From an uncultured Rhodocyclaceae bacterium (lineage in GTDB: Bacteria > Pseudomonadota > Gammaproteobacteria > Burkholderiales > Rhodocyclaceae): a stretch of 64,000 bases of DNA. A program made the position numbers and the translations under genes. The DNA lies in assembly GCA_964602565.1 (NCBI GenBank), contig CAZRRI010000004.1, forward strand, positions 4,668 to 68,667. Direction: 5' to 3'. Positions 1-8,025 of the stretch are shown here, in pieces (the stretch's first letter is position 1; every line of letters starts with the position of its first letter). Under the pieces are notes generated by a model. That model did not search any database. It saw only the letters and a list, made by a program, of their open reading frames with translations, and was not told the origin of the DNA.

Positions 1-104
1 GAGACCCGCACCATGCAGCCGCAGCCACGCGGAAACCGCCACGACCGCGAGAGTCAGCCCCCCCAATACGGCGGCTTCCAGCCGGATGAAGGAATTTCCT
101 GGCG

Positions 105-1148
105 TCACGCCAACGCTGGCGCGACGCGCAACTCGTGGTTAAGCCAGAGCAGGATGCCGAACACGACCATCGAACCTCCCTGATGCGCGGCGCCCAGCGC
201 CACCGGCACGGCCAGGAGCAACGTTGCGATGCCGAGCGCGATCTGCACGGCGACAGCCAGGAGCAGGAGACTGGCGGCAAGGCGGGCCCTAGGCGACGCC
301 GCCGAACAGGCGCGGATTTTCCACCAGAACCAGGGCACCAGGAACGCCAGCGCCCAGGCGCCAAGCCGATGGTCGAACTGAACGGTCGCCATGTTGTTGA
401 AGAAGTTGAGGTACCACGGATCGATCATGAAAATTTCCGGCGGCACGACGTGGCCATTCATCAGCGGGAACGTGTTGTATGCCTTGCCAGCCCGGATGCC
501 CGCCACGAAGCCGCCGGTGACGATCATGTAGAAGACGAGGGCCAGGAGCCAGAAACCCGCGCGCCGCAGGCCGGCGAGCGTCGCGTCGAAAGCCTGTCGG
601 GTCCGTTCGGCGAGCACGTCCAACGCCACCCATACCATCGCGGCGAAAATCAGGAATGCCAGGGACAGGTGAGCCGTCAACCGGTACTGGCTGACTCGCG
701 GGTCGTCCACCAAGCCGCTCTTGACCATGTACCAGCCCATGGCACCCTGAAGTCCCCCCAGGATGAAGATACCGACCAATTTCGGCGTCAGGGATCGATC
801 GAACTTGCCTTTCCAGAGGAAATACAGGAACGGCAGCAGGAAGACCAAGCCGATGGTGCGCCCCAACACGCGATGCCAATACTCCCACCAGAAAATGCCC
901 TTGAACTCATCGAGGTCCATTCGATGGTTGACTTTTTGGTACTCGGGCGTTTTCTTGTACTTTTCGAAGGTTTCCTCCCACTCGGCCTGATTCAGGGGCG
1001 GAAGCGTGCCGACGATCGGCTGCCATTCGACGATCGACAGCCCCGAATGCGTAAGGCGGGTCACACCGCCAACGACCAGCGTCGCAAAAACCATCAGGCT
1101 GCAAATGAACAGCCATAGGGCAATGTGACGACGGGTATGGGCATTCAT
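105..1148 (-). CDS. ctaA: Heme A synthase (COX15/CtaA family)
   Basis: ORF 105..1175. Polytopic membrane protein with the COX15/CtaA N-terminal signature VGGVTRLTHSGLSIVEWQPIVG. Start is ambiguous: TTG at 1175, or ATG at 1148 preceded by GGAAAG. Divergent from a heme-copper oxidase operon. Confidence 0.85.
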   Translation of the reverse strand: MNAHTRRHIALWLFICSLMVFATLVVGGVTRLTHSGLSIVEWQPIVGTLPPLNQAEWEETFEKYKKTPEYQKVNHRMDLDEFKGIFWWEYWHRVLGRTIGLVFLLPFLYFLWKGKFDRSLTPKLVGIFILGGLQGAMGWYMVKSGLVDDPRVSQYRLTAHLSLAFLIFAAMVWVALDVLAERTRQAFDATLAGLRRAGFWLLALVFYMIVTGGFVAGIRAGKAYNTFPLMNGHVVPPEIFMIDPWYLNFFNNMATVQFDHRLGAWALAFLVPWFWWKIRACSAASPRARLAASLLLLAVAVQIALGIATLLLAVPVALGAAHQGGSMVVFGILLWLNHELRVAPALA

Positions 1149-1479
1149 GAGCAACGGCTTTCCGGAAAAATCCAAGGCAACTGTTTCGGCAACCAGACGA
1201 TATCGCGAACCGACGGCGACACGGGAGAATTATATGCGACCGCTTGTCGCGGCAGACAGATGGGTTAGCATGCGGCTACTTGTCGCAGGCCGGTAGTTAA
1301 GTCTGTGCTGATATTGGCGTTTCTTAACCCAGATCAATTGTCGGCATCGAGCACTACGGGTACCATCTTGAGCGTTTAAGCCGGAAAGTCCGCTCAAAGC
1401 ATTCTCCGGCCATTAAACGGCGATCGTCGGTGCGCGACGAGTGCTGACGTTGATTGTTAACCGATGGAGGATATTGGGT

Positions 1480-1623
1480 ATGGCTGACAAAGAAGAAGTG
1501 CCGTTGATGCAGCGGATACTGGACAATCATTTCCTGCTGTTGGCGCTCGGTGTGGTGGTGCCCACGGTCCTTTACACGCTGTGGGGAATCATTGACATCG
1601 TCAGTATTCCCCTCGCCAAGTAA
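1480..1623 (+). CDS. Small single-TM protein, possible ba3-type oxidase small subunit (IIa-like)
   Basis: In-frame ATG at 1480 preceded by GGAGGA. The 47-aa product has one hydrophobic helix (FLLLALGVVVPTVLYTLWGIIDIV). It lies immediately upstream of oxidase subunit II. Function is inferred from position only. Confidence 0.4.
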   Translation: MADKEEVPLMQRILDNHFLLLALGVVVPTVLYTLWGIIDIVSIPLAK

Positions 1624-1650
1624 CCGATCCGTCATACAGGGAGAAAGTAA

Positions 1651-2190
1651 ATGAGCGCAATCCTGCCGCCCGCAGACCGGCTCTGGTGGAAGCAGTCCAT
1701 CGACAAGACCGAGTGGATGTGGATTTTCCTGGCATTCACTTGGGCCATGATCATGTTCTTCATGATGATTTACTGGCACATCAACGGCAAGCAGAACCTT
1801 TCCAACGAGGTTTACAAGACCACGCCGGAAGCTTTCGCGGCGAAGGCGGAAAAGTTCATCGCCGCCAACACCGTCCGAACCGAGACCGACCAGAACATCC
1901 CGGTCGTGACCGTGCCGGATGGCGGCGATGCCTACTTGGTCGCCAGCCTCTGGAAATGGTCTCCGATCCTGGAACTCGAGAAGGGCAAGACCTACAAGAT
2001 TCACCTGTCCTCGATGGACTATCAGCACGGATTCTCCTTGCAGCCGGTTAACATCAACATCCAGGTTCTGCCGGGTTATGAGCACGTCGTCAAGATGACA
2101 CCGACGCAGTCCGGCACCTACGCGATCGTCTGTAACGAATATTGCGGCATCGGCCATCACACGATGCTTGGCCGCATCTATGTGAAATAA
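1651..2190 (+). CDS. Cytochrome c oxidase subunit II, B-family (ba3-type), CuA cupredoxin
   Basis: 179 aa with one N-terminal TM helix. CuA site H-x34-CNEYCGIGHHTM (C-x-E-x-C-x3-H-x2-M). No fused cytochrome c domain. SD GGGAGAAAG precedes the ATG. Confidence 0.9.
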   Translation: MSAILPPADRLWWKQSIDKTEWMWIFLAFTWAMIMFFMMIYWHINGKQNLSNEVYKTTPEAFAAKAEKFIAANTVRTETDQNIPVVTVPDGGDAYLVASLWKWSPILELEKGKTYKIHLSSMDYQHGFSLQPVNINIQVLPGYEHVVKMTPTQSGTYAIVCNEYCGIGHHTMLGRIYVK

Positions 2191-2203
2191 GGGGAACACA
2201 CAG

Positions 2204-3904
2204 ATGGCAACCACTTACCGTACCTGCCCGCGCACCGGGCTGCAATTCGACACCGAGGCCGAAAAGCTGATGCGATGGAATGCCGTGGCTGGCGTTCTTG
2301 CCCTGCTGGTTGGCGGCATCATGGCGCTCGGCGTCATCCTCACTCGCTGGCCGGCAATCAAGCTGCTGCCGCCCGACTGGTTCTACCTGGTGCTGACGGC
2401 GCATGGCGTCGACATGCTGCTGGTCTGGATCATCTTCTTCGAAATGGCCGTTCTGTACTTCGCCTCGTCCACATTATTGCGCTGCCGCCTCGCCACGCCG
2501 AAGATCGCCTGGCTTGGCTTCTGGCTGATGGCGATTGGCGCGGTGATCGGCAACTATGCGGTTCTGGCCGGTGAATCGAGCGTCATGTTCACGTCCTACG
2601 TGCCGATGCAGGCTTCTCCCTGGTTCTACCTCGGGCTGATCCTGTTCGCCGTCGGCGCGTTGATCGGCTGCTTCGTGTTCCTCGGCACCCTGGTCGTGGC
2701 CAAGAAGGAAAGGAGCTACGAAGGCTCGATTCCGCTGGTGACGTTCGGCGCCCTGACTGCCTGCATCATCGCGGTCTTTACCATCCTCACCGGCGCCGGC
2801 ATCCTGGTTCCCACGTTGTTCTGGTCGATGGGGCTGATCAAGGAAATTGATCCGCAACTCTACCGCATGGTCTGGTGGGGCTTGGGGCACTCATCCCAGC
2901 AGATCAACGTGTCCGCCCATGTGGCGATCTGGTATCTGATCGCGGCGGTGGTATTCAACGCGAAGCCGCTGTCGGAGAAGGTCTCCCGCTTCGCTTTCTT
3001 CCTGTACATCCTCTTCCTGCAACTGGCCAGTGCCCACCACCTGCTGTCCGACCCGGGCATGAGCGCGGAGTGGAAGGTTCTCAATACTTCCTACTTCATG
3101 TATTTCGCGGTGTTGGCATCGATGATCCATGGCTTCACGGTTCCCGGCGCCATCGAGGCTGCTCAGCGCAAGAAGGGTTACACCAATGGCATGTTCGAGT
3201 GGCTGCGCAAGGCACCCTGGGGCAACCCGGTGTTCTCCGGCATGTTCCTGTCGCTGGTCAACTTCGGCTTCCTCGGCGGCATTTCCGGGGTCGTGCTGGG
3301 CACCGAACAGTTGAACATGCTGATGCACAACACGTTCTATGTGCCGGGCCATTTCCACGCGACAGTCGTTTCGGGAACCACGCTCGCCTTCATGGCCGTG
3401 ACCTATCTGCTCGTTCCGACGCTGTTCAAGCGCGAGATGATCTCGCCGGGACTTTGCAAGATCCAGCCTTATCTGTTCGGTCTCAGCATGGCCGTCCTGA
3501 CGCTGGTGATGATGGGTGCCGGAACACTTGGCGTCTCGCGCCGGCACTGGGACATGGCGTTCTCGGGCGCACCGTTCCAGTATGAATGGCCGGGCGCCGC
3601 CCACCTGATGATGAGCCTCACCGGTATCTTCGGTGTTCTGGCGATCATCGGTGGCGCGCTGTGGATCTGGCTGGTAGTCGGTTCCCTGCTGTGGGGCAAG
3701 AAGCTGGATGAAGGCAAGCTCAGCGACAAGCCGGTGCCACACGCACCCTTGGACAGCGTCGCCGCCAGCGCCTCGCATACTGGCAGCGCCGAGCATGTCG
3801 CGGTGCCGGGCACTGTGGTCCTGGCAATGCTGCTGCTGGTTTCCTTCGTGCTCTACTACTTCGTGAACTGGAAGTATCTCTCCGAAGTCTGGGCGTTGAG
3901 TTGA
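2204..3904 (+). CDS. Cytochrome c oxidase subunit I, B-family (ba3-type)
   Basis: 566-aa polytopic protein with the heme-copper oxidase histidine set: TAHGVDML (helix II), WGLGHSSQQ (helix VI), SAHHLL (CuB pair), PGHFHATV (helix X H-x-H). Size matches ba3 subunit I. Confidence 0.9.
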   Translation: MATTYRTCPRTGLQFDTEAEKLMRWNAVAGVLALLVGGIMALGVILTRWPAIKLLPPDWFYLVLTAHGVDMLLVWIIFFEMAVLYFASSTLLRCRLATPKIAWLGFWLMAIGAVIGNYAVLAGESSVMFTSYVPMQASPWFYLGLILFAVGALIGCFVFLGTLVVAKKERSYEGSIPLVTFGALTACIIAVFTILTGAGILVPTLFWSMGLIKEIDPQLYRMVWWGLGHSSQQINVSAHVAIWYLIAAVVFNAKPLSEKVSRFAFFLYILFLQLASAHHLLSDPGMSAEWKVLNTSYFMYFAVLASMIHGFTVPGAIEAAQRKKGYTNGMFEWLRKAPWGNPVFSGMFLSLVNFGFLGGISGVVLGTEQLNMLMHNTFYVPGHFHATVVSGTTLAFMAVTYLLVPTLFKREMISPGLCKIQPYLFGLSMAVLTLVMMGAGTLGVSRRHWDMAFSGAPFQYEWPGAAHLMMSLTGIFGVLAIIGGALWIWLVVGSLLWGKKLDEGKLSDKPVPHAPLDSVAASASHTGSAEHVAVPGTVVLAMLLLVSFVLYYFVNWKYLSEVWALS

Positions 3905-3918
3905 CGTTTGCCTGACTT

Positions 3919-3999
3919 CCCCGCCGGCGTCGTACCACCGCCGGCGGGGAGTCTGCTTGAATCGGACTTGAAGAGGAAGTCCGATTCAAGCAGACTCCC
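3919..3999 (+). terminator. Two adjacent strong hairpins downstream of oxidase subunit I
   Basis: Hairpin 1: CCCCGCCGGCG (3919-3929) pairs with CGCCGGCGGGG (3939-3949). Hairpin 2: a perfect 23-bp stem, GGGAGTCTGCTTGAATCGGACTT (3947-3969) with AAGTCCGATTCAAGCAGACTCCC (3977-3999), and a 7-nt loop. No T-tract follows. Confidence 0.5.
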
Positions 4000-4043
4000 A
4001 CTGTTCGCGACCAGTTGGAGCAAGAACATTTACCGCGCACCCC

Positions 4044-4940
4044 ATGGAATCGACATTGCCTAACCTGTCACCCAAAGCATCCCGGCTGTCTCTTCGGGCC
4101 ATTCTCGGGGTATTCAAGCTGCGTATCGGCATCGTGATTACCTTTACGGCACTTGCCGGGCTGGCTGTCGCCGGCGGGCCAGGACTGACTTCTCTGCAAC
4201 TAGCGGTGTTAACGCTCGCAGTCCTGCTCTCCTCGGCAAGCGCCGGCGCTTTCAACCAGTACTACGAACATGACATCGACCCCTTGATGTCGCGCACCCG
4301 CAAACGCGTCTTCGCCACTGGCGAAGTCGCTCATGGTCCGATCTGGCTCGTTGTGATCGTCGGACTCATGGCCTTGTCGGTGATGGCCGCGTGGCTTGCC
4401 CTGAATGCGTGGTCGGCACTGTTCGTTTTCCTCGGCGCCTTCTTCTATGCCATCGTATACACGGTCTGGCTGAAGCGACGCACGTGGCTCAATATCGTTT
4501 TTGGTGGGTTGGCCGGTAGTTGGGCGGTCCTGGCTGGCGCCACGGCAGCCGCTCCCGATATCGGGGCATTGCCCCTGGCGCTGGCCTTCATATTGTTTCT
4601 ATGGACCCCCCCCCATTTCTGGAGCTTGGCGATCGCTTTCCGCGACGACTATGCGGCGGCCAAGGTGCCGATGCTTCCCGTGGTCGTCGGCGATAAGCGT
4701 GCCGCGCAAACTGTGTTCGCCAGCACGATTGCCCTCGTCGCTGTCTCCTTGCTGCCGGCGATCCTTGGTTTGGGGTCAATCTATCTTGCTGGCGCATGCA
4801 TCGGCGGCGCATGGTTCATTTACAAGGCATGGCATCTGTCGCGCAATCCGACGCGCGCGACGGCAATGAGTTGCTTTCATGCATCACTGGCACAATTGAC
4901 GCTGGTGTTGACCGCCGCCATCATCGACGCCCGCTTCTAG
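4044..4940 (+). CDS. ctaB: Protoheme IX farnesyltransferase (heme O synthase)
   Basis: 298-aa UbiA-family polytopic protein with the motif NQYYEHDIDPLMSRTRKR. Located in an oxidase/heme A context. Confidence 0.9.
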   Translation: MESTLPNLSPKASRLSLRAILGVFKLRIGIVITFTALAGLAVAGGPGLTSLQLAVLTLAVLLSSASAGAFNQYYEHDIDPLMSRTRKRVFATGEVAHGPIWLVVIVGLMALSVMAAWLALNAWSALFVFLGAFFYAIVYTVWLKRRTWLNIVFGGLAGSWAVLAGATAAAPDIGALPLALAFILFLWTPPHFWSLAIAFRDDYAAAKVPMLPVVVGDKRAAQTVFASTIALVAVSLLPAILGLGSIYLAGACIGGAWFIYKAWHLSRNPTRATAMSCFHASLAQLTLVLTAAIIDARF

Positions 4941-4959
4941 GCGCAAAACAGGTATTTCG

Positions 4960-5835
4960 GTGTTTCTTCGTTTGCTCCGCATCGCAAGGATCGCGGTTCC
5001 GTTTTGCTGCGCATGCTTTGTCAGCCCGCTGCTGGGAAATACGGACAGCGATCCGAAAGTCACGGCGCGATCCCTGGGCTCCGTAGCCGATGCCACACTC
5101 ACCGTTCTCGACGAGAGAGCGGCGTTGGAACGGTCGCAAGCCGCGGTAGGGCGGCAGGTCGGTGATTTCACCCTGCTCGACCGACAAGGACGCCCCGTCC
5201 CGCTGTCACGCTTCAAGGGCAAGCCGCTCCTGGTGAGTTTTATCTACACCGCCTGCTTTCAGGTCTGCCCCACCACCACCCGGAATCTCCAGAAGGCGGT
5301 CGAGGGCACCGTCGTGACCCTCGGACCAGAGCGCTTCAACATCATCAGCATCGGTTTCAATCAGCCGTTCGATTCTCCCGAGGCGATGAAGTCGTTTTCC
5401 AGGCAATACGGCATACACTTGCCGAACTGGGAGTTCCTGAGCCCTTCACCCGCCATCGTAGCCGACCTTACCAGCAACTTCGGTTTCAGCTACGTCGCCA
5501 GCGTGGCTGGTTTCGATCACATCAATCAAGTAACGATCGTCGATCCCGACGGAAAGATCGTCCGACAGGTATACGGCGAAACGTTCACACCCGATGCCTT
5601 GGTCGAGCCGCTCAAGACCCTCGTCGCCGGTGCACCGATCCCCCCGAACGTGAGCACGGTCGAAGAACTGCTGGAACGTTTCCGCATCCTCTGCTCGGTT
5701 TATGATCCTCTTACTGGAAAATACCGAACCAACTATGCCGTCTATTTCGAGATCGCCGGAGTATTGACGTTCCTCGCATGGCTCGCTTGGTATTTTTGGC
5801 AGGATCGTCGCCACCGCAAGGCCAAGTCCGGTTGA
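4960..5835 (+). CDS. SCO1/SenC family copper chaperone / thiol-disulfide oxidoreductase
   Basis: Thioredoxin-like fold with motif FIYTACFQVCPTTT (CxxxCP). N-terminal signal/anchor and an extra C-terminal TM helix. GTG start. Confidence 0.8.
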   Translation: MFLRLLRIARIAVPFCCACFVSPLLGNTDSDPKVTARSLGSVADATLTVLDERAALERSQAAVGRQVGDFTLLDRQGRPVPLSRFKGKPLLVSFIYTACFQVCPTTTRNLQKAVEGTVVTLGPERFNIISIGFNQPFDSPEAMKSFSRQYGIHLPNWEFLSPSPAIVADLTSNFGFSYVASVAGFDHINQVTIVDPDGKIVRQVYGETFTPDALVEPLKTLVAGAPIPPNVSTVEELLERFRILCSVYDPLTGKYRTNYAVYFEIAGVLTFLAWLAWYFWQDRRHRKAKSG

Positions 5836-5857
5836 TGCCAGTCAATTCAACTGGCTC

Positions 5858-7486
5858 GTGATCTCTATATCATCGATCTCTAATAGTCGTCCCGTCGGGG
5901 CGACTCAACGGACGATTTCCCAGTTGAGCATTCACGACGCCCTGCGAAGGAGCACACAGAGTCTTTTTCAGCATGCCGAGGAAACCTTCGACGGGATCTT
6001 CGACGGCAATAACAATCCATGGCGTCATCTAGGCGCGATGGCATTCTTCTTTCTCTGGATAGTGACGAGCAGCGGCCTTTATCTCTATACCGTGCTCGAT
6101 ACCAGCATTGCCGGCGTCTATGAATCCATCGATTGGCTCACCAACCAGCAATGGTATCTGGGCGGTGTGCTGCGCAGCCTGCATCGATACTCCTCGGATG
6201 CCTTCATCCTGACCACCCTGCTGCACCTCGTCCGCGAATGGGCCTTTGGCCGGTATTACGGTTTTCGCCTGTACTCCTGGGTCACGGGCGTGCCATTGCT
6301 CTGGCTCATGTTCTTTTCCGGCATTGGCGGCTACTGGATCGTTTGGGACCGCCTCGCCCAGTTCTCGGCGGTAGCCTCGACCGAGTTGCTCGACTGGCTG
6401 CCCATTTTCAGTACCCCAGCCGCGCGAAATTTTCTCACCCCCGATGCAATCAGCGACCGGTTCTTCACGGTGTTGGTGTTCATCCATCTCGGCGTACCGC
6501 TGCTACTGATTCTCGGCCTGTGGGCTCATGTACACCGCATCAGCCGTGTCGATCACTTTCCAGCAAGGCGACTGGCGCTGGGAACCCTTGCCGCGTTGCT
6601 GGTCCTTGCTCTCGTGAAACCAGCCATCAGCGACGCACCGGCCGACCTTGCCATCCTTGCCACCGGATTGCGGCTGGACTGGTTCATTCTTTTCATCCAC
6701 CCGCTCACCGACGTCACGTCGCCTGGGTTCGTCTGGGCCCTGCTGCTTGGCGGTACGGTATTGCTGTTCATCTTGCCGCTGCTGCCACACCCCGCGTCCA
6801 GGCCGGTGGCGGTCGTCGACCCACCCAACTGCAACGGTTGCAGCCGCTGCCTCGTCGACTGCCCGTATGCGGCAGTCACCATGGAACCGCATCCCGACAA
6901 ACCAGGCCACAAGATCGCCATCGTCGACGCTGACCTATGCGCCAGTTGTGGTATTTGCGCGGGCTCCTGCCCCTCCTCGACGCCTTTCCGCAGCCAGGAG
7001 GCACTGGTCACCGGTATCGACATGCCGCAGTTGCCCGTTACCGTTCTGCGCCGAACTCTCGAGGAAAAAATCCGTCGCCTCGGAGGAACGACTCGAATCG
7101 TCGTCTTCGGTTGTGACCACGGTGTCGACGTCAAGGCACTCGAGAGCGCCGATACCGCCGTGATGAGCCTGATCTGCGCCGGTATGCTGCCGCCAGCCTT
7201 TGTCGAATACGCCCTGCGTGGCGGCGCCGATGGTGTCCTGGTTGCCGGGTGCCGCGTCGGCGGCTGCGAGTATCGTCTGGGCGACCGATGGACTGCGGAG
7301 CGCCTCGCTCGCCAAAGAGAGCCTCATCTACGCCACAACGTACCCGCCGACCGGCTATGTTTGGCGCATGCCTCAAGTCATGACAGCGCAATGCTGGCCG
7401 AGGAACTACGTCAGTTCAAAATCCGACTCGAAACCCAAGCAGCCGCACGGCCGCTTCCTTACCACCGGAGAAGTGCATCATCATGA
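5858..7486 (+). CDS. Fusion protein: di-heme cytochrome b (N-terminal type) + 2x[4Fe-4S] ferredoxin + MvhD/FlpD-like domain
   Basis: Two H-x13-H pairs in TM helices (SLHRYSSDAFILTTLLH; IHLGVPLLLILGLWAH). CNGCSRCLVDCP and CASCGICAGSCP clusters. C-terminal VVFGCDHGVD...LICAGMLPP...AGCRVGGCEYRLGDRW resembles the methyl-viologen-reducing hydrogenase delta subunit. The GTG start at 5858 is uncertain. Confidence 0.8.
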   Translation: MISISSISNSRPVGATQRTISQLSIHDALRRSTQSLFQHAEETFDGIFDGNNNPWRHLGAMAFFFLWIVTSSGLYLYTVLDTSIAGVYESIDWLTNQQWYLGGVLRSLHRYSSDAFILTTLLHLVREWAFGRYYGFRLYSWVTGVPLLWLMFFSGIGGYWIVWDRLAQFSAVASTELLDWLPIFSTPAARNFLTPDAISDRFFTVLVFIHLGVPLLLILGLWAHVHRISRVDHFPARRLALGTLAALLVLALVKPAISDAPADLAILATGLRLDWFILFIHPLTDVTSPGFVWALLLGGTVLLFILPLLPHPASRPVAVVDPPNCNGCSRCLVDCPYAAVTMEPHPDKPGHKIAIVDADLCASCGICAGSCPSSTPFRSQEALVTGIDMPQLPVTVLRRTLEEKIRRLGGTTRIVVFGCDHGVDVKALESADTAVMSLICAGMLPPAFVEYALRGGADGVLVAGCRVGGCEYRLGDRWTAERLARQREPHLRHNVPADRLCLAHASSHDSAMLAEELRQFKIRLETQAAARPLPYHRRSASS

Positions 7487-7980
7487 TCAAACCCACCGCC
7501 ATTGTCGGCCAGATAATCTTGTATGGCGCGTTTGCCGCTTTCATTGGTTACTTTGCCACTTCGCCGACATACCATCAGATTCCCGATGACACCGCGTTGA
7601 TCAAGCTTTCCATCAACCATCTTGGTGATCGTGAATGCCGCAAGCGCACGCCGGAAGAACTGGAAAAATTGCCCCGCAACATGCGAGCGCCCATGGAATG
7701 TCCGCGCGAACGGTCCGATATCATCCTAGAAGTCGATATCGACGGCCAGACCGCCCTGCGTACCGTCATGCATCCGACCGGCATTGCCAAGGATGGCATC
7801 GCAACGATCTACAAGCGATTCGAGGTCAAGGCCGGCGAGCATATGTTGTCGGTCAGGATGAGCGATAACGTCACCCAGCCCGGCTTCAAGTTCGTGAAGG
7901 AAGGCAAGGTCACGCTCAAGCCGGCGCAAGTACTTGTGATCGACTTCAACCCGGACAAGGGCGGACTGTTCTTCCAATAA
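7483..7980 (+). CDS. Hypothetical membrane-anchored protein
   Basis: ATGA overlap with the upstream stop. 165 aa with an N-terminal TM helix (IVGQIILYGAFAAFIGYFA) followed by a soluble domain. No family recognised. Confidence 0.6.
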   Translation: MIKPTAIVGQIILYGAFAAFIGYFATSPTYHQIPDDTALIKLSINHLGDRECRKRTPEELEKLPRNMRAPMECPRERSDIILEVDIDGQTALRTVMHPTGIAKDGIATIYKRFEVKAGEHMLSVRMSDNVTQPGFKFVKEGKVTLKPAQVLVIDFNPDKGGLFFQ

Positions 7981-8025
7981 CAACACTCCCCCACCGAGAA
8001 ACCATTTCGAGCGCGAATCACGACT

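Noticed and set aside
1-104. Possible 5' end of another minus-strand membrane-protein gene downstream of ctaA (reads ...LGGLTLAVVAVSAWLRLHGAGL, possible TTG start at 64-66)
   Set aside because: Only about 20 codons are visible, with no ATG start and no diagnostic motif. That is too little to call a gene.
1324-1337. FNR/Anr-like half-palindrome TTAAC-N4-ATCAA in the ctaA / oxidase divergent promoter region
   Set aside because: Only the right half matches the TTGAT-N4-ATCAA consensus, and the left half matches 3 of 5. One such near-match is expected by chance in a 260-bp AT-richer spacer.
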